From assembly GCA_026002935.1 (NCBI GenBank), contig BPGH01000001.1, positions 2,629,250 to 2,693,249 of the forward strand: a DNA stretch of 64,000 nt. Direction: 5' to 3'. Shown one piece after another: positions 53,043 to 60,821 of this stretch. This DNA comes from Acidimicrobiia bacterium (GTDB lineage Bacteria > Actinomycetota > Acidimicrobiia > IMCC26256 > PALSA-610). The notes beneath the pieces were generated by a model that worked only from the letters and a program-made list of their open reading frames with translations, was not told where the DNA came from and did no database searches. Each line of letters starts with the position of its first letter. Position 1 is the stretch's first letter. A program made the translations under genes and the position numbers.

Positions 53043-53057
53043 CTGTCGGCGCGACAG
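53043..53057. promoter_or_regulatory. perfect inverted repeat CTGTCG-gcg-CGACAG
   Basis: Read directly. It lies in the 76-bp divergent gap between the Ltp gene (start 52990) and the methyltransferase gene (GTG 53067). Confidence 0.3.
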
Positions 53058-53066
53058 AATCCCGGG

Positions 53067-53822
53067 GTGCCCCGCGACCACGTCCGGCGCAACCGCGCCT
53101 TCTGGGACGACGACGCGGACGCGTACCAGGAGGTGCACGGCGGCGCGCTCGCGGCGCGTCCGCTGGCCTGGGGCGTGTGGCGGGTGCCGGAGTCGGAGCT
53201 GCAGGTCCTCGGTGACGTGCGCGGCCGCGACGTGCTCGAGCTCGGGTGCGGCGCCGCGCAGTGGTCCGCGGCGCTCGCGGCACAGGGGGCGCGTTGCACC
53301 GCGCTCGACCTCTCGGGGGTCCAGCTCGCGCACGCGCGCGAGCACTGCCGCGCGAGCGGCGTGCGCGTGCCCCTCGTCCAGGCGGGCGCCGAGGACCTGC
53401 CGTTCACCGCCGGGTCGTTCGACGTCGTCTTCTGCGACCACGGCGCGACGAGCTTCTGTGACCCGGCGCGCCTGCTCCCGGAGGTCGCGCGGGTGCTGCG
53501 GCCCCGGGGCCTGCTCGCGTTCTGCACCACCAACCCGCTCGTCTACCTGACCTGGGACGCGACACGGGAGCGCCAGTCGCGGCGCCTGCAGCGTTCCTAC
53601 GACGAGCTCGGCCGCTGGGACCTCGGCGACGGCACCGTCGACTGGGTCGTGCCGACCGGTGAGTGGGTCCGCCTCCTGCGCGCGAACGGCTTCGGCATCG
53701 AGGACCTGATCGAGCTGCGCGCACCCGAGGGTGCGACGACGACCTACACGGAGTTCGTGCCCTACTCCTGGGCCCGCCGCTGGCCCGCCGAGCACGTCTG
53801 GCGGGCGCGCCGCGCGCCCTGA
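53067..53822 (+). CDS. class I SAM-dependent methyltransferase
   Basis: GTG 53067 lies within track ORF 52866..53822. Translation: FWDDDADAYQ...VLELGCGAAQWS...LDLSGVQL...FDVVFCDHGA. Confidence 0.8.
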   Translation: MPRDHVRRNRAFWDDDADAYQEVHGGALAARPLAWGVWRVPESELQVLGDVRGRDVLELGCGAAQWSAALAAQGARCTALDLSGVQLAHAREHCRASGVRVPLVQAGAEDLPFTAGSFDVVFCDHGATSFCDPARLLPEVARVLRPRGLLAFCTTNPLVYLTWDATRERQSRRLQRSYDELGRWDLGDGTVDWVVPTGEWVRLLRANGFGIEDLIELRAPEGATTTYTEFVPYSWARRWPAEHVWRARRAP

Positions 53823-53835
53823 CCGGCGCGGGCGC

Positions 53836-54660
53836 TCAGACCGCGCCGCCGTGGACGGCGAACGACGACACGAGCTCGTCGAAGAGCCGGTCCGTCGCAC
53901 CCTTCGAGTGCACGGCGAGCACGTGGATGCGCCGGCCGTCGTAGATCACTCGGACGCGGGCGGGGTGGTCGTCGCCGACCTCGACCGTGGCGTCGAGCGC
54001 CCGGTGCCCGTCGTGCTCCGTCGCGGACTGGTCGGTGACCCGCCCGAGGCCGCCGACCGACGCCAAGCCGGCCGCCCCGCCCGAGAGCACGGTGTCGGCG
54101 GTGCGGGGGTCGACCGCCCCGACCTCGGCGCTGCCCACCCCCATCTCCCACTCGTCGCCCGAGGCGTAGGCGGTGTGCACGCTCACGGGCCCGAGGCCCG
54201 GCACCGGCACCGTGCCCGTCTCCACGACCGGGTCCGCGGGGAACCGGACCGTGAAGCTCGCGTCCGGCGCGGTGTACGCGACGCCGTCGCCGTCGAGGAA
54301 CGCGGCGGTCCCCTCCGGCGGCGGGTCGAGGAGCTCGCGCAGGTACGGGCGCCCGGCGTACACGCCGGCGCCGATCACGAGCGCGACGAGGAGGGCGGCG
54401 ACGCGCCCGAGCCGGCGCCGGGGCTCGGGCGCGCTCGGGGCGCTCCACTGCGAGCCGGCGGTCGGGACGCGCTCGTGCGGCTCGCCGACCGCGGGGCCCG
54501 GCACGCCGAGGCGGGCGGGCGCGCAGTAGCTGGCGTCCACCCCGGCGGCCGGCCGGGACCCGGCCGGCCCCGGCGGGCTCGGGGGCGCGCCGGGTGCGCC
54601 CGGCGCACCGACGGCCATGCCGGGCTTGAGCGGCGGCGCCGCCAGCCGGGGCCCGCCCAA
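53836..54660 (-). CDS. Pro/Gly-rich single-pass membrane protein, hypothetical (possibly the 3' part of a longer zinc-ribbon gene starting at 54950)
   Basis: Track ORF of 274 aa (TTG start). The TM is RVAALLVALVIGAGVY, followed by an extracytoplasmic domain. The in-frame sequence upstream of 54660 (ELTSWFGAIGAAATPAAPP...) still looks coding but has no start codon. Confidence 0.5.
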   Translation of the reverse strand: MGGPRLAAPPLKPGMAVGAPGAPGAPPSPPGPAGSRPAAGVDASYCAPARLGVPGPAVGEPHERVPTAGSQWSAPSAPEPRRRLGRVAALLVALVIGAGVYAGRPYLRELLDPPPEGTAAFLDGDGVAYTAPDASFTVRFPADPVVETGTVPVPGLGPVSVHTAYASGDEWEMGVGSAEVGAVDPRTADTVLSGGAAGLASVGGLGRVTDQSATEHDGHRALDATVEVGDDHPARVRVIYDGRRIHVLAVHSKGATDRLFDELVSSFAVHGGAV

Positions 54661-55007
54661 CCCTCCCGGGGCGCCGAGCGGTCCCCCGGCGGGCGCGGGT
54701 GGCGCCCCCGGAGGGCCCCCCGGCGGGGCGGACGGCGCCGCCGCGGGGGGCGCGGCCGGCGTCGCGGCCGCGCCGATGGCCCCGAACCACGACGTGAGCT
54801 CGCCGCCCGCCGCGCCGGCGCGCCCCCGGCACCGGTCCGGCCCGCGGCGTGGCCCGCGCCGACGGGCTCGCGCACCCGCAGCGCGCCACAGCGCGCGCAG
54901 GCCGCCTCGTACCCGGCGAGCGCGCCGCCACAGGTGTCACATCGAGTCACGGACGCGGGTATCGGTCCGCGCGCCCCGTGACGTGAGCGATTCCCGCGCG
55001 GGCGGCG

Positions 55008-56609
55008 TCAGCGGCGCTCGAATGTGACGCCCGCCACCTCGCGGTCCCAGGTCGCGGGCGTGACGCCCTGCTCGCGCAGCTCGTACTTCAGCACGCGGCC
55101 GACGGGGTTGCGCGGCAGGTCGTCTCGGAACTCGACGTAGCGGGGGATGGCGAAGAACGGGACGCGCTCGGCGACCCAGCGGCACAGCTCCTCCTCGGTC
55201 AGCCGCGCCCCCTCCTGGAGCACCGCGGTGACCTTCACGTCGTCCTCGCCGACCGGGCTCGGCACCGCGTGGACGGCGACGTCGCGGATCGCCGGGTGCG
55301 CGAACAGCGTCTTCTCCATCTCGAAGCTCGAGATGTTCTCGCCGCGCCGGCGGAGCGCGTCCTTCTTGCGGTCGACGAAGTACAGGTAGCCGTCCTCGTC
55401 GACGCGACCGAGATCGCCGGTGTGGAACCACAGGTTGCGGTACGCCGCGAGCGTGTCGGCCGGACGGTTCCAGTACCCGGCGAACATGAGGTTGGGACCC
55501 TTCGGCCGGCAGACGATCTCGCCCACCTCACCGACCGGCACCTCGAGGTCGTCGTCGTCGAAGATGCGCACGTCGAACTCGTGCCGGTTGACGCGTCCCG
55601 CCGCACCGGGCTTGTTGCGCTCGCCGGCGTCCAGCATCGACAGCAGCGACGCCTCGGTGAGCCCGTAGCCGCCCGAGAACGTCTCGCAGCCGAAGCGCTC
55701 GTGCCAGATCCGGTCCGTGTCGGGCGGCATCGGCGCCGCGGCGCACAGGCGCAGCGTGTGGCCCTCCTGCGCCGGGTGGTCGTCCGCGTTCGCCACGAGC
55801 GTCGCGAGCGAGCCGAGCATGCTGGCGACCGTCGCCTGCGTGCGTTGCACCTCGGGCCAGAACCCGCTGACCGAGAACCGGCGCGCGATCGCGGCCCGGC
55901 CGCCGACGACCAGCGTGCCGATCACGCACGTGGCGATCGCGTTGAAGTGGAACAGCGGCAGCGGGGTCAGCACGACGTCGTCCGGCCGGCGCTCCCACGC
56001 CCGCGCGATCTGGTCGGACAGGCTCACCATGTAGTTGTGCGACAGCATGCAGCCCTTGCTCGGGCCGGTCGTGCCCGCCGTGTAGATGAAGCACGCGAGG
56101 TCGTCCGGGCGGACCGGGGTGTCGACCGGCCGGTCGTCGGCGCCGGCGAGCGCGTCCTGCCAGGTCAGCGTGGGCACGGCGTCGATCACCGCGTCGACCG
56201 GGTCGACGGTGACGCAGCCGCGCAGGTCGGGCGTCGTCTCCCGGCCGGCGACCTCCACGACCCGTGAGGCGTAGTCGCCCTGCACGACCAGCACCGTGGA
56301 CCCGGAGTCCGCGAGCTGGTGGCGCAGGAACTCGCCCTTGTAGGCCGTGTTGATCGGCACCTGGATCGCGCCGAGCTTCAGCGCCGCGAAGAAGCTGACG
56401 ACCTGCTCGGCGCGGTTGTCGAGCAGCGTCGCCACCCGGTCTCCCGGCCCGACGCCCGCGTCGCGCAGCGCGTGGGCGAGGCGGTTCGCCTCGCGGTCCA
56501 TCTCGCGGGCCGTGTAACCCGCGCCCTCGAAGTCGAGGTACCGCCCGTCGGGGTCGGAGGCGAGCCGCCGGGCGAAGACCTCCGTCACGGTCCTCTGGGG
56601 CCTGGTCAC
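55008..56609 (-). CDS. AMP-dependent acyl-CoA synthetase/ligase (FadD-like)
   Basis: Track ORF of 533 aa (GTG start). Translation: IYTAGTTGPSKGCMLSH, YGLTEAS, WFHTGDLG, DRKKDALRRRGENIS. Confidence 0.9.
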   Translation of the reverse strand: MTRPQRTVTEVFARRLASDPDGRYLDFEGAGYTAREMDREANRLAHALRDAGVGPGDRVATLLDNRAEQVVSFFAALKLGAIQVPINTAYKGEFLRHQLADSGSTVLVVQGDYASRVVEVAGRETTPDLRGCVTVDPVDAVIDAVPTLTWQDALAGADDRPVDTPVRPDDLACFIYTAGTTGPSKGCMLSHNYMVSLSDQIARAWERRPDDVVLTPLPLFHFNAIATCVIGTLVVGGRAAIARRFSVSGFWPEVQRTQATVASMLGSLATLVANADDHPAQEGHTLRLCAAAPMPPDTDRIWHERFGCETFSGGYGLTEASLLSMLDAGERNKPGAAGRVNRHEFDVRIFDDDDLEVPVGEVGEIVCRPKGPNLMFAGYWNRPADTLAAYRNLWFHTGDLGRVDEDGYLYFVDRKKDALRRRGENISSFEMEKTLFAHPAIRDVAVHAVPSPVGEDDVKVTAVLQEGARLTEEELCRWVAERVPFFAIPRYVEFRDDLPRNPVGRVLKYELREQGVTPATWDREVAGVTFERR

Positions 56610-56681
56610 GGCGCGAACGATATCGCCGGCCGCGCGCGCCCGGCCCCGGCCGACCCCGGCGCACGCGGCGGCCTGCGACGC

Positions 56682-56710
56682 TTGACCCGGAGCTGATATA
56701 ACCCCATGAT
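56682..56710 (+). promoter_or_regulatory. candidate promoter TTGACC-17-CATGAT giving a leaderless transcript at ATG 56717
   Basis: Read directly. The -10 box ends 6 nt before the ATG, and there is no RBS. Confidence 0.3.
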
Positions 56711-56719
56711 AACCCCATG
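56698..56719. repeat. 11-bp perfect tandem duplication ATAACCCCATG x2 that includes the start codon
   Basis: Read directly. The ATG of the second copy is the start of the Clp_N-domain gene. Confidence 0.8.
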
Positions 56720-57439
56720 CCCAAGGTGAACGTCTACCTGCCCGAGGACCTCGCCGCCGCGGTGCGCGACGCCGGCGTGCCCGTCTCGGCGGTGTGCCAG
56801 GCCGCGCTCGAGCGGGCGGTGCGGGAGGTCACCGCCGCGCGCGCCGCCGAGCACCCGCCCGCACCCGGGAGTGAGGGCGACGGCGGCCCGTACTCCCGCT
56901 TCACCCCCCGGGCGCGCGAGGCGCTCGCGCGCGCCGAGGCGGTGGCGCGCGGGATCCCCCACGACTTCGTCGGCACCGAGCACCTCCTCGCCGGGATCCT
57001 GGAGCAGGGCACGAACCTCGCCGTGCGCGTGCTCGCCGCGTCGGAGATCGACCCCGGCGACGTGCGCGCCGAGCTGCGCGCCTCGATGCCGCCGCCGTCA
57101 CCCGCGCCGGCGGCCGACCGGCCGCCCTTCACCCCGCTCGCGTCCCTCGCGCTGGAGCGCACGACCCAGGAGGCGCTCGCGCTCGGGCACAACTACGTCG
57201 GCTGCGAGCACCTGCTGCTCGGGCTCCTCGCCGTCGAGGACGGACTCGCGAGCCGGGTCCTGCGCCGCATGGGCCTCGAGCTGCGCACCGCGCGGCGGGC
57301 TGTCGTGAACGCGATCGCGGGCGTCGCGCACGCGCGCGGCCTGCCACCGGTGCCGCCCGCCGCGCCCGGGCCCGCGGGCGACGAGGTGCTGCGCGCCATC
57401 CTCGAGCGGCTCGACCGCATCGAGCGGCGGCTCGGCTGA
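56717..57439 (+). CDS. Clp N-terminal (Clp R) repeat domain protein with N-terminal ribbon-helix-helix-like segment
   Basis: Track ORF of 240 aa. MPKVNVYLPEDLAAAVRDAGVPVSAVCQAALERAV is followed by two Clp_N repeats (FVGTEHLLAGILEQGTNLAVRVL; YVGCEHLLLGLLAVEDGLASRVL). Confidence 0.75.
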   Translation: MPKVNVYLPEDLAAAVRDAGVPVSAVCQAALERAVREVTAARAAEHPPAPGSEGDGGPYSRFTPRAREALARAEAVARGIPHDFVGTEHLLAGILEQGTNLAVRVLAASEIDPGDVRAELRASMPPPSPAPAADRPPFTPLASLALERTTQEALALGHNYVGCEHLLLGLLAVEDGLASRVLRRMGLELRTARRAVVNAIAGVAHARGLPPVPPAAPGPAGDEVLRAILERLDRIERRLG

Positions 57440-57475
57440 GCGGCCGGCCGGGCCGCTGCGGCGCCGGGCCCGCGG

Positions 57476-58387
57476 TCAGCGCCCGGGGGCGGCGAGCGCG
57501 TCGGCGACGGCGTCCGCGTGCGCGTCGGCGCTCCCGAAGCACGTGTCGAGCACCCACGCGCGCTTCAGGAACAGGTGGACGTCCACCTCCCAGGTGTAGC
57601 CCATGCCGCCGAACACCTGCGTCGCCGCCTTGCCGTTCGCGATCGCGGCCTCACCGGCGAGGAGCTTCGCGACGGCGACCGAGCGGTCGGCACCCCCTTC
57701 GGCGGGCGCGTCGAGGTGCGCGCCGGCCGCGTACACGGCCGCGCGCGCGACCTCGGTCCGCACGAGCATGTCGGCGAGCAGGTGCTTGATCGCCTGGAAC
57801 GACCCGATCGCGCGGTCGAACTGGACGCGCTCCTTCGCGTACTCGACCGCGAGCTCCGTGACCCGGTCCGCGAGGCCGAGCTGGAACGCGGCCGTGAGCG
57901 CCGCGCCCGCGCGCCGCACCCCGGCGACGTCGACGTCGAGCGGCTCGCCCGGCGGCAGCTGCGCGACGCGCCCGACCGGCGTGAGGAAGTCGAGCGGCCA
58001 CGGCGAATGCTCGACCTCCAGCGCGCGCGGGTCGACCAGCGCCGCCGCGGCGCCGTCGAGCACGACGAGGGCGTCGAGCGCGCCGGGGTGCTCGACCCAC
58101 GCCGGCCCGGCGCGCTCGACGACGCCCGTGACACCGTGGACCTGGAACAGGAGCGACGCGACGAGCGGGCCGGGGACGCACCGGCGGCCGAGCTGCTCGA
58201 ACACGATCACACAGTCGGACCACGAGAATCCGTCGGCGCGCAGGGTGAAGACGCCGGCCTCGGCGAGCTCGTCGTACACGCCCCGGTCGAAGCCGGCGCG
58301 GATCCGCTCCGGACCGAAGCGGGCCGTGAGCACCGCGTCGATGCCGTCGCGCAGCGCGACCTGGTCGGGCGAGAGGTCGAGGTCCAT
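57476..58387 (-). CDS. acyl-CoA dehydrogenase, small subunit of an adjacent pair
   Basis: ATG 58387 overlaps the upstream stop (ATGA), within composite track ORF 57476..59041. Translation: MDLDLSPDQVALRDGIDAVL...AKERVQFDRAIGSFQAIKHLLADM...GGMGYTWEVDVHLFLKRAW. Confidence 0.8.
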   Translation of the reverse strand: MDLDLSPDQVALRDGIDAVLTARFGPERIRAGFDRGVYDELAEAGVFTLRADGFSWSDCVIVFEQLGRRCVPGPLVASLLFQVHGVTGVVERAGPAWVEHPGALDALVVLDGAAAALVDPRALEVEHSPWPLDFLTPVGRVAQLPPGEPLDVDVAGVRRAGAALTAAFQLGLADRVTELAVEYAKERVQFDRAIGSFQAIKHLLADMLVRTEVARAAVYAAGAHLDAPAEGGADRSVAVAKLLAGEAAIANGKAATQVFGGMGYTWEVDVHLFLKRAWVLDTCFGSADAHADAVADALAAPGR

Positions 58388-59523
58388 CAGCGCGGCTCCT
58401 TCGGGAGGCCGAGTACCCGCTCGCCGATGATGTTGCGCTGGATCTGCGAGCTGCCGGCCGCGATCGTGAGGGCGAGCGTGCGCAGGCGCTCCTCGACGAG
58501 CTCGTTGCCGTCGACGTGCAGCGCCTCGCGGTCGAGGACCCGCAGGCACAGCTCGCCGAAGCGCTGACGGGCCTCGGTGTAGGCGAGCTTGATGACGGTC
58601 GCGCCCGGGCCGCTCACCCCGCGCGCCGACTGCGAGACGTTCCGTTTCGTCAGCGCCCACAGGCCGTCGAACTCGGCGGCGCAGCGGCCGAGCTCCCGGC
58701 GCTGCGCGGGGTCGCGAACGAGTGGCACGAGGTCCTCGCACAGGCGCATCGCGTCCACGAGCTCGCTGACGAAGGCGGTGCCGCGCTCGTACTTGAGCGT
58801 CACGTTGGTGACGCGCCAGCCGTCGTTCTCGGCACCCACCCGGTTCGCGACGGGCACCCGCACGTCGGTCAGGAAGACCTCGGAGAACTCCGACGATCCG
58901 AGCACCGTCCGCAGCGGCCGCACCTCGATGCCGGGCAGGTCCATGGGCAGGATCAACCAGGAGATGCCCTTGTGCTTGGGCGCGCCCGGATCGGTGCGCA
59001 CGAGGAACTCCCCGACGTCGGCGACCTGCCCGAACGAGCACCAGATCTTCTGCCCGTTGAGGACATAGTGGTCCCCGTCACGCTCGGCACGCGTGCGCAG
59101 CGACGCGAGGTCGGAGCCCGCACCGGGCTCGGAGAAGCCCTGGCACCACACCTCCTCCCCCCGCAGGATCCTCGGCAGGTGCGCGGCCTTCTGCTCCGGC
59201 GTGCCCTCCTCGATGAGCGTCGGCCCGGCGTGCAGGAGCCCGACGAAGTTCACCCCGACGTACGGCGCGCGCGCCCGCGCCGTCTCCTCGTAGAAGATGA
59301 GCTGCTCGGTCGGCGACGCGCCGCGCCCGCCGTACTCGGCGGGCCAGTGGAGCCCGGCGTACCCGGCGTCGTACAGGCGGCGCTGCCAGTCGGTGTCGTA
59401 GGCCCGCCGCGCGGCCCACGCGTCGCGTGGCGGCTCGGGCGGCAGGGTCGGGAGCACGGCGGCCAGCCAGCGCCGCAGCTCGGCGCGGAACGCCTCGTCG
59501 GCCTCGTCGTACCGGTACTGCAC
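58387..59523 (-). CDS. acyl-CoA dehydrogenase, large subunit of an adjacent pair
   Basis: Track ORF of 378 aa (GTG start). Translation: WCQGFSEPGAGSDLAS...IAAGSSQIQRNIIGERVLGLP. Confidence 0.85.
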   Translation of the reverse strand: MQYRYDEADEAFRAELRRWLAAVLPTLPPEPPRDAWAARRAYDTDWQRRLYDAGYAGLHWPAEYGGRGASPTEQLIFYEETARARAPYVGVNFVGLLHAGPTLIEEGTPEQKAAHLPRILRGEEVWCQGFSEPGAGSDLASLRTRAERDGDHYVLNGQKIWCSFGQVADVGEFLVRTDPGAPKHKGISWLILPMDLPGIEVRPLRTVLGSSEFSEVFLTDVRVPVANRVGAENDGWRVTNVTLKYERGTAFVSELVDAMRLCEDLVPLVRDPAQRRELGRCAAEFDGLWALTKRNVSQSARGVSGPGATVIKLAYTEARQRFGELCLRVLDREALHVDGNELVEERLRTLALTIAAGSSQIQRNIIGERVLGLPKEPR

Positions 59524-59537
59524 GGGCGCAGTCTAAG

Positions 59538-59556
59538 ATCTGACGAGGCGTCAGAT
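59538..59556. promoter_or_regulatory. perfect inverted repeat ATCTGACG-agg-CGTCAGAT (candidate operator, N3 class)
   Basis: Read directly. It lies 15 nt upstream of the fadE-like GTG 59523 and 51 nt upstream of ATG 59607. It is near-identical to 719-735. Confidence 0.55.
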
Positions 59557-59606
59557 TCCAGGCGCCGGTCCCGCCCGGCGTGGACCCCGAGCCCGCAGGA
59601 GCGCCG

Positions 59607-60806
59607 ATGGCCGCCGAGATCCCGAAGATCGTCAGCGTCGACGACCACGTCGTCGAGCCACCCCACGTCTGGGAGCGCTGGCTCCCCGCGCGCCTGCGCG
59701 ACCGGGGACCGCGCGTCGAGCGCCGGGGCATCGGGCACATGCGCCACGTCGGCGGCGGGACCTACGAGCAGACCTTCGACGACGACGGCCCGCAGGCCGA
59801 CTGCTGGGTGTACGAGGACCTGGTCTACGTCCACAAGCGCCACGTCGCCGCCGTCGGGTTCGACCGCGACGACATGACCATGACGCCGATCACCTACGAC
59901 GAGATGCGCCCGGGCTGCTACGACCCGAAGGCGCGGGTCGAGGACATGGAGCTGAACTGGGTCGAGGCGTCGCTGTCGTTCCCGACCTTCCCCCGCTTCT
60001 GCGGCCAGACGTTCCTCGAGGGCAAGGACCGCGAGCTCGCGCACGCCTGCGTGGTCGCCTACAACGACTGGATGGTCGAGGAGTGGTGCGGCGACTCCGG
60101 CGGCCGGCTGATCCCGCTCATCATCGTGCCGCTGTGGGACGCGCACCTCGCCGCCGCCGAGGTCCGGCGCAACGCGGCGCGCGGCGTGCACGCCGTGTGC
60201 TTCAGCGAGATCCCGCCGAAGCTCGGGCTGCCGTCGATCCACTCCGGCGCCTGGGACCCCTTCTTCGCCGCCTGCCAGGAGACCGACACGGTCGTGTGCA
60301 TGCACATCGGCTCGTCGTCCCAGATGCCGGCGACCTCGCCCGACGCCCCGGTGGCCGTCGCCGCGACCCTCTCGTTCAACAACGCGATGGCGTCCCTGTC
60401 GGACTTCCTGTTCTCGGGCGTGCTCGTGCGCTTCCCGACCCTGAAGCTCGCGTACTCCGAGGGCCAGATCGGCTGGCTGCCGTACGTGCTCGAGCGTGCC
60501 GACGACGTGTGGATGGAGCACCGCGCCTGGGCGGGGGTGCGCGACATCGTCCCCGAGCCGCCGTCGACCTACTACTACCGGCAGGTCTTCGGCTGCTTCT
60601 TCCGGGACCGACACGGCCTCGAGTCGCTCGAGCGCGTCGGCGTCGACAACATCACGTTCGAGACCGACTACCCGCACACGGACTCGACGTGGCCGCACAC
60701 GAAGAAGGTCGCCGAGGAGATGATGGGCCACCTCCCCGACGACGTGGTGCGCAAGATCGTGCGCGCCAACGCGATCCGCATGCTCTCGCTCGACCTCGCG
60801 CCCTGA
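59607..60806 (+). CDS. amidohydrolase-2 family metal-dependent hydrolase
   Basis: I prefer ATG 59607 (AGGAG RBS, 5-nt spacer) over the track start at 59580. Translation: IVSVDDHVVEPPHVWE...VVCMHIGSS...ITFETDYPHTDSTWP. Confidence 0.8.
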   Translation: MAAEIPKIVSVDDHVVEPPHVWERWLPARLRDRGPRVERRGIGHMRHVGGGTYEQTFDDDGPQADCWVYEDLVYVHKRHVAAVGFDRDDMTMTPITYDEMRPGCYDPKARVEDMELNWVEASLSFPTFPRFCGQTFLEGKDRELAHACVVAYNDWMVEEWCGDSGGRLIPLIIVPLWDAHLAAAEVRRNAARGVHAVCFSEIPPKLGLPSIHSGAWDPFFAACQETDTVVCMHIGSSSQMPATSPDAPVAVAATLSFNNAMASLSDFLFSGVLVRFPTLKLAYSEGQIGWLPYVLERADDVWMEHRAWAGVRDIVPEPPSTYYYRQVFGCFFRDRHGLESLERVGVDNITFETDYPHTDSTWPHTKKVAEEMMGHLPDDVVRKIVRANAIRMLSLDLAP

Positions 60807-60821
60807 CGCGGCCGGCGCGGG

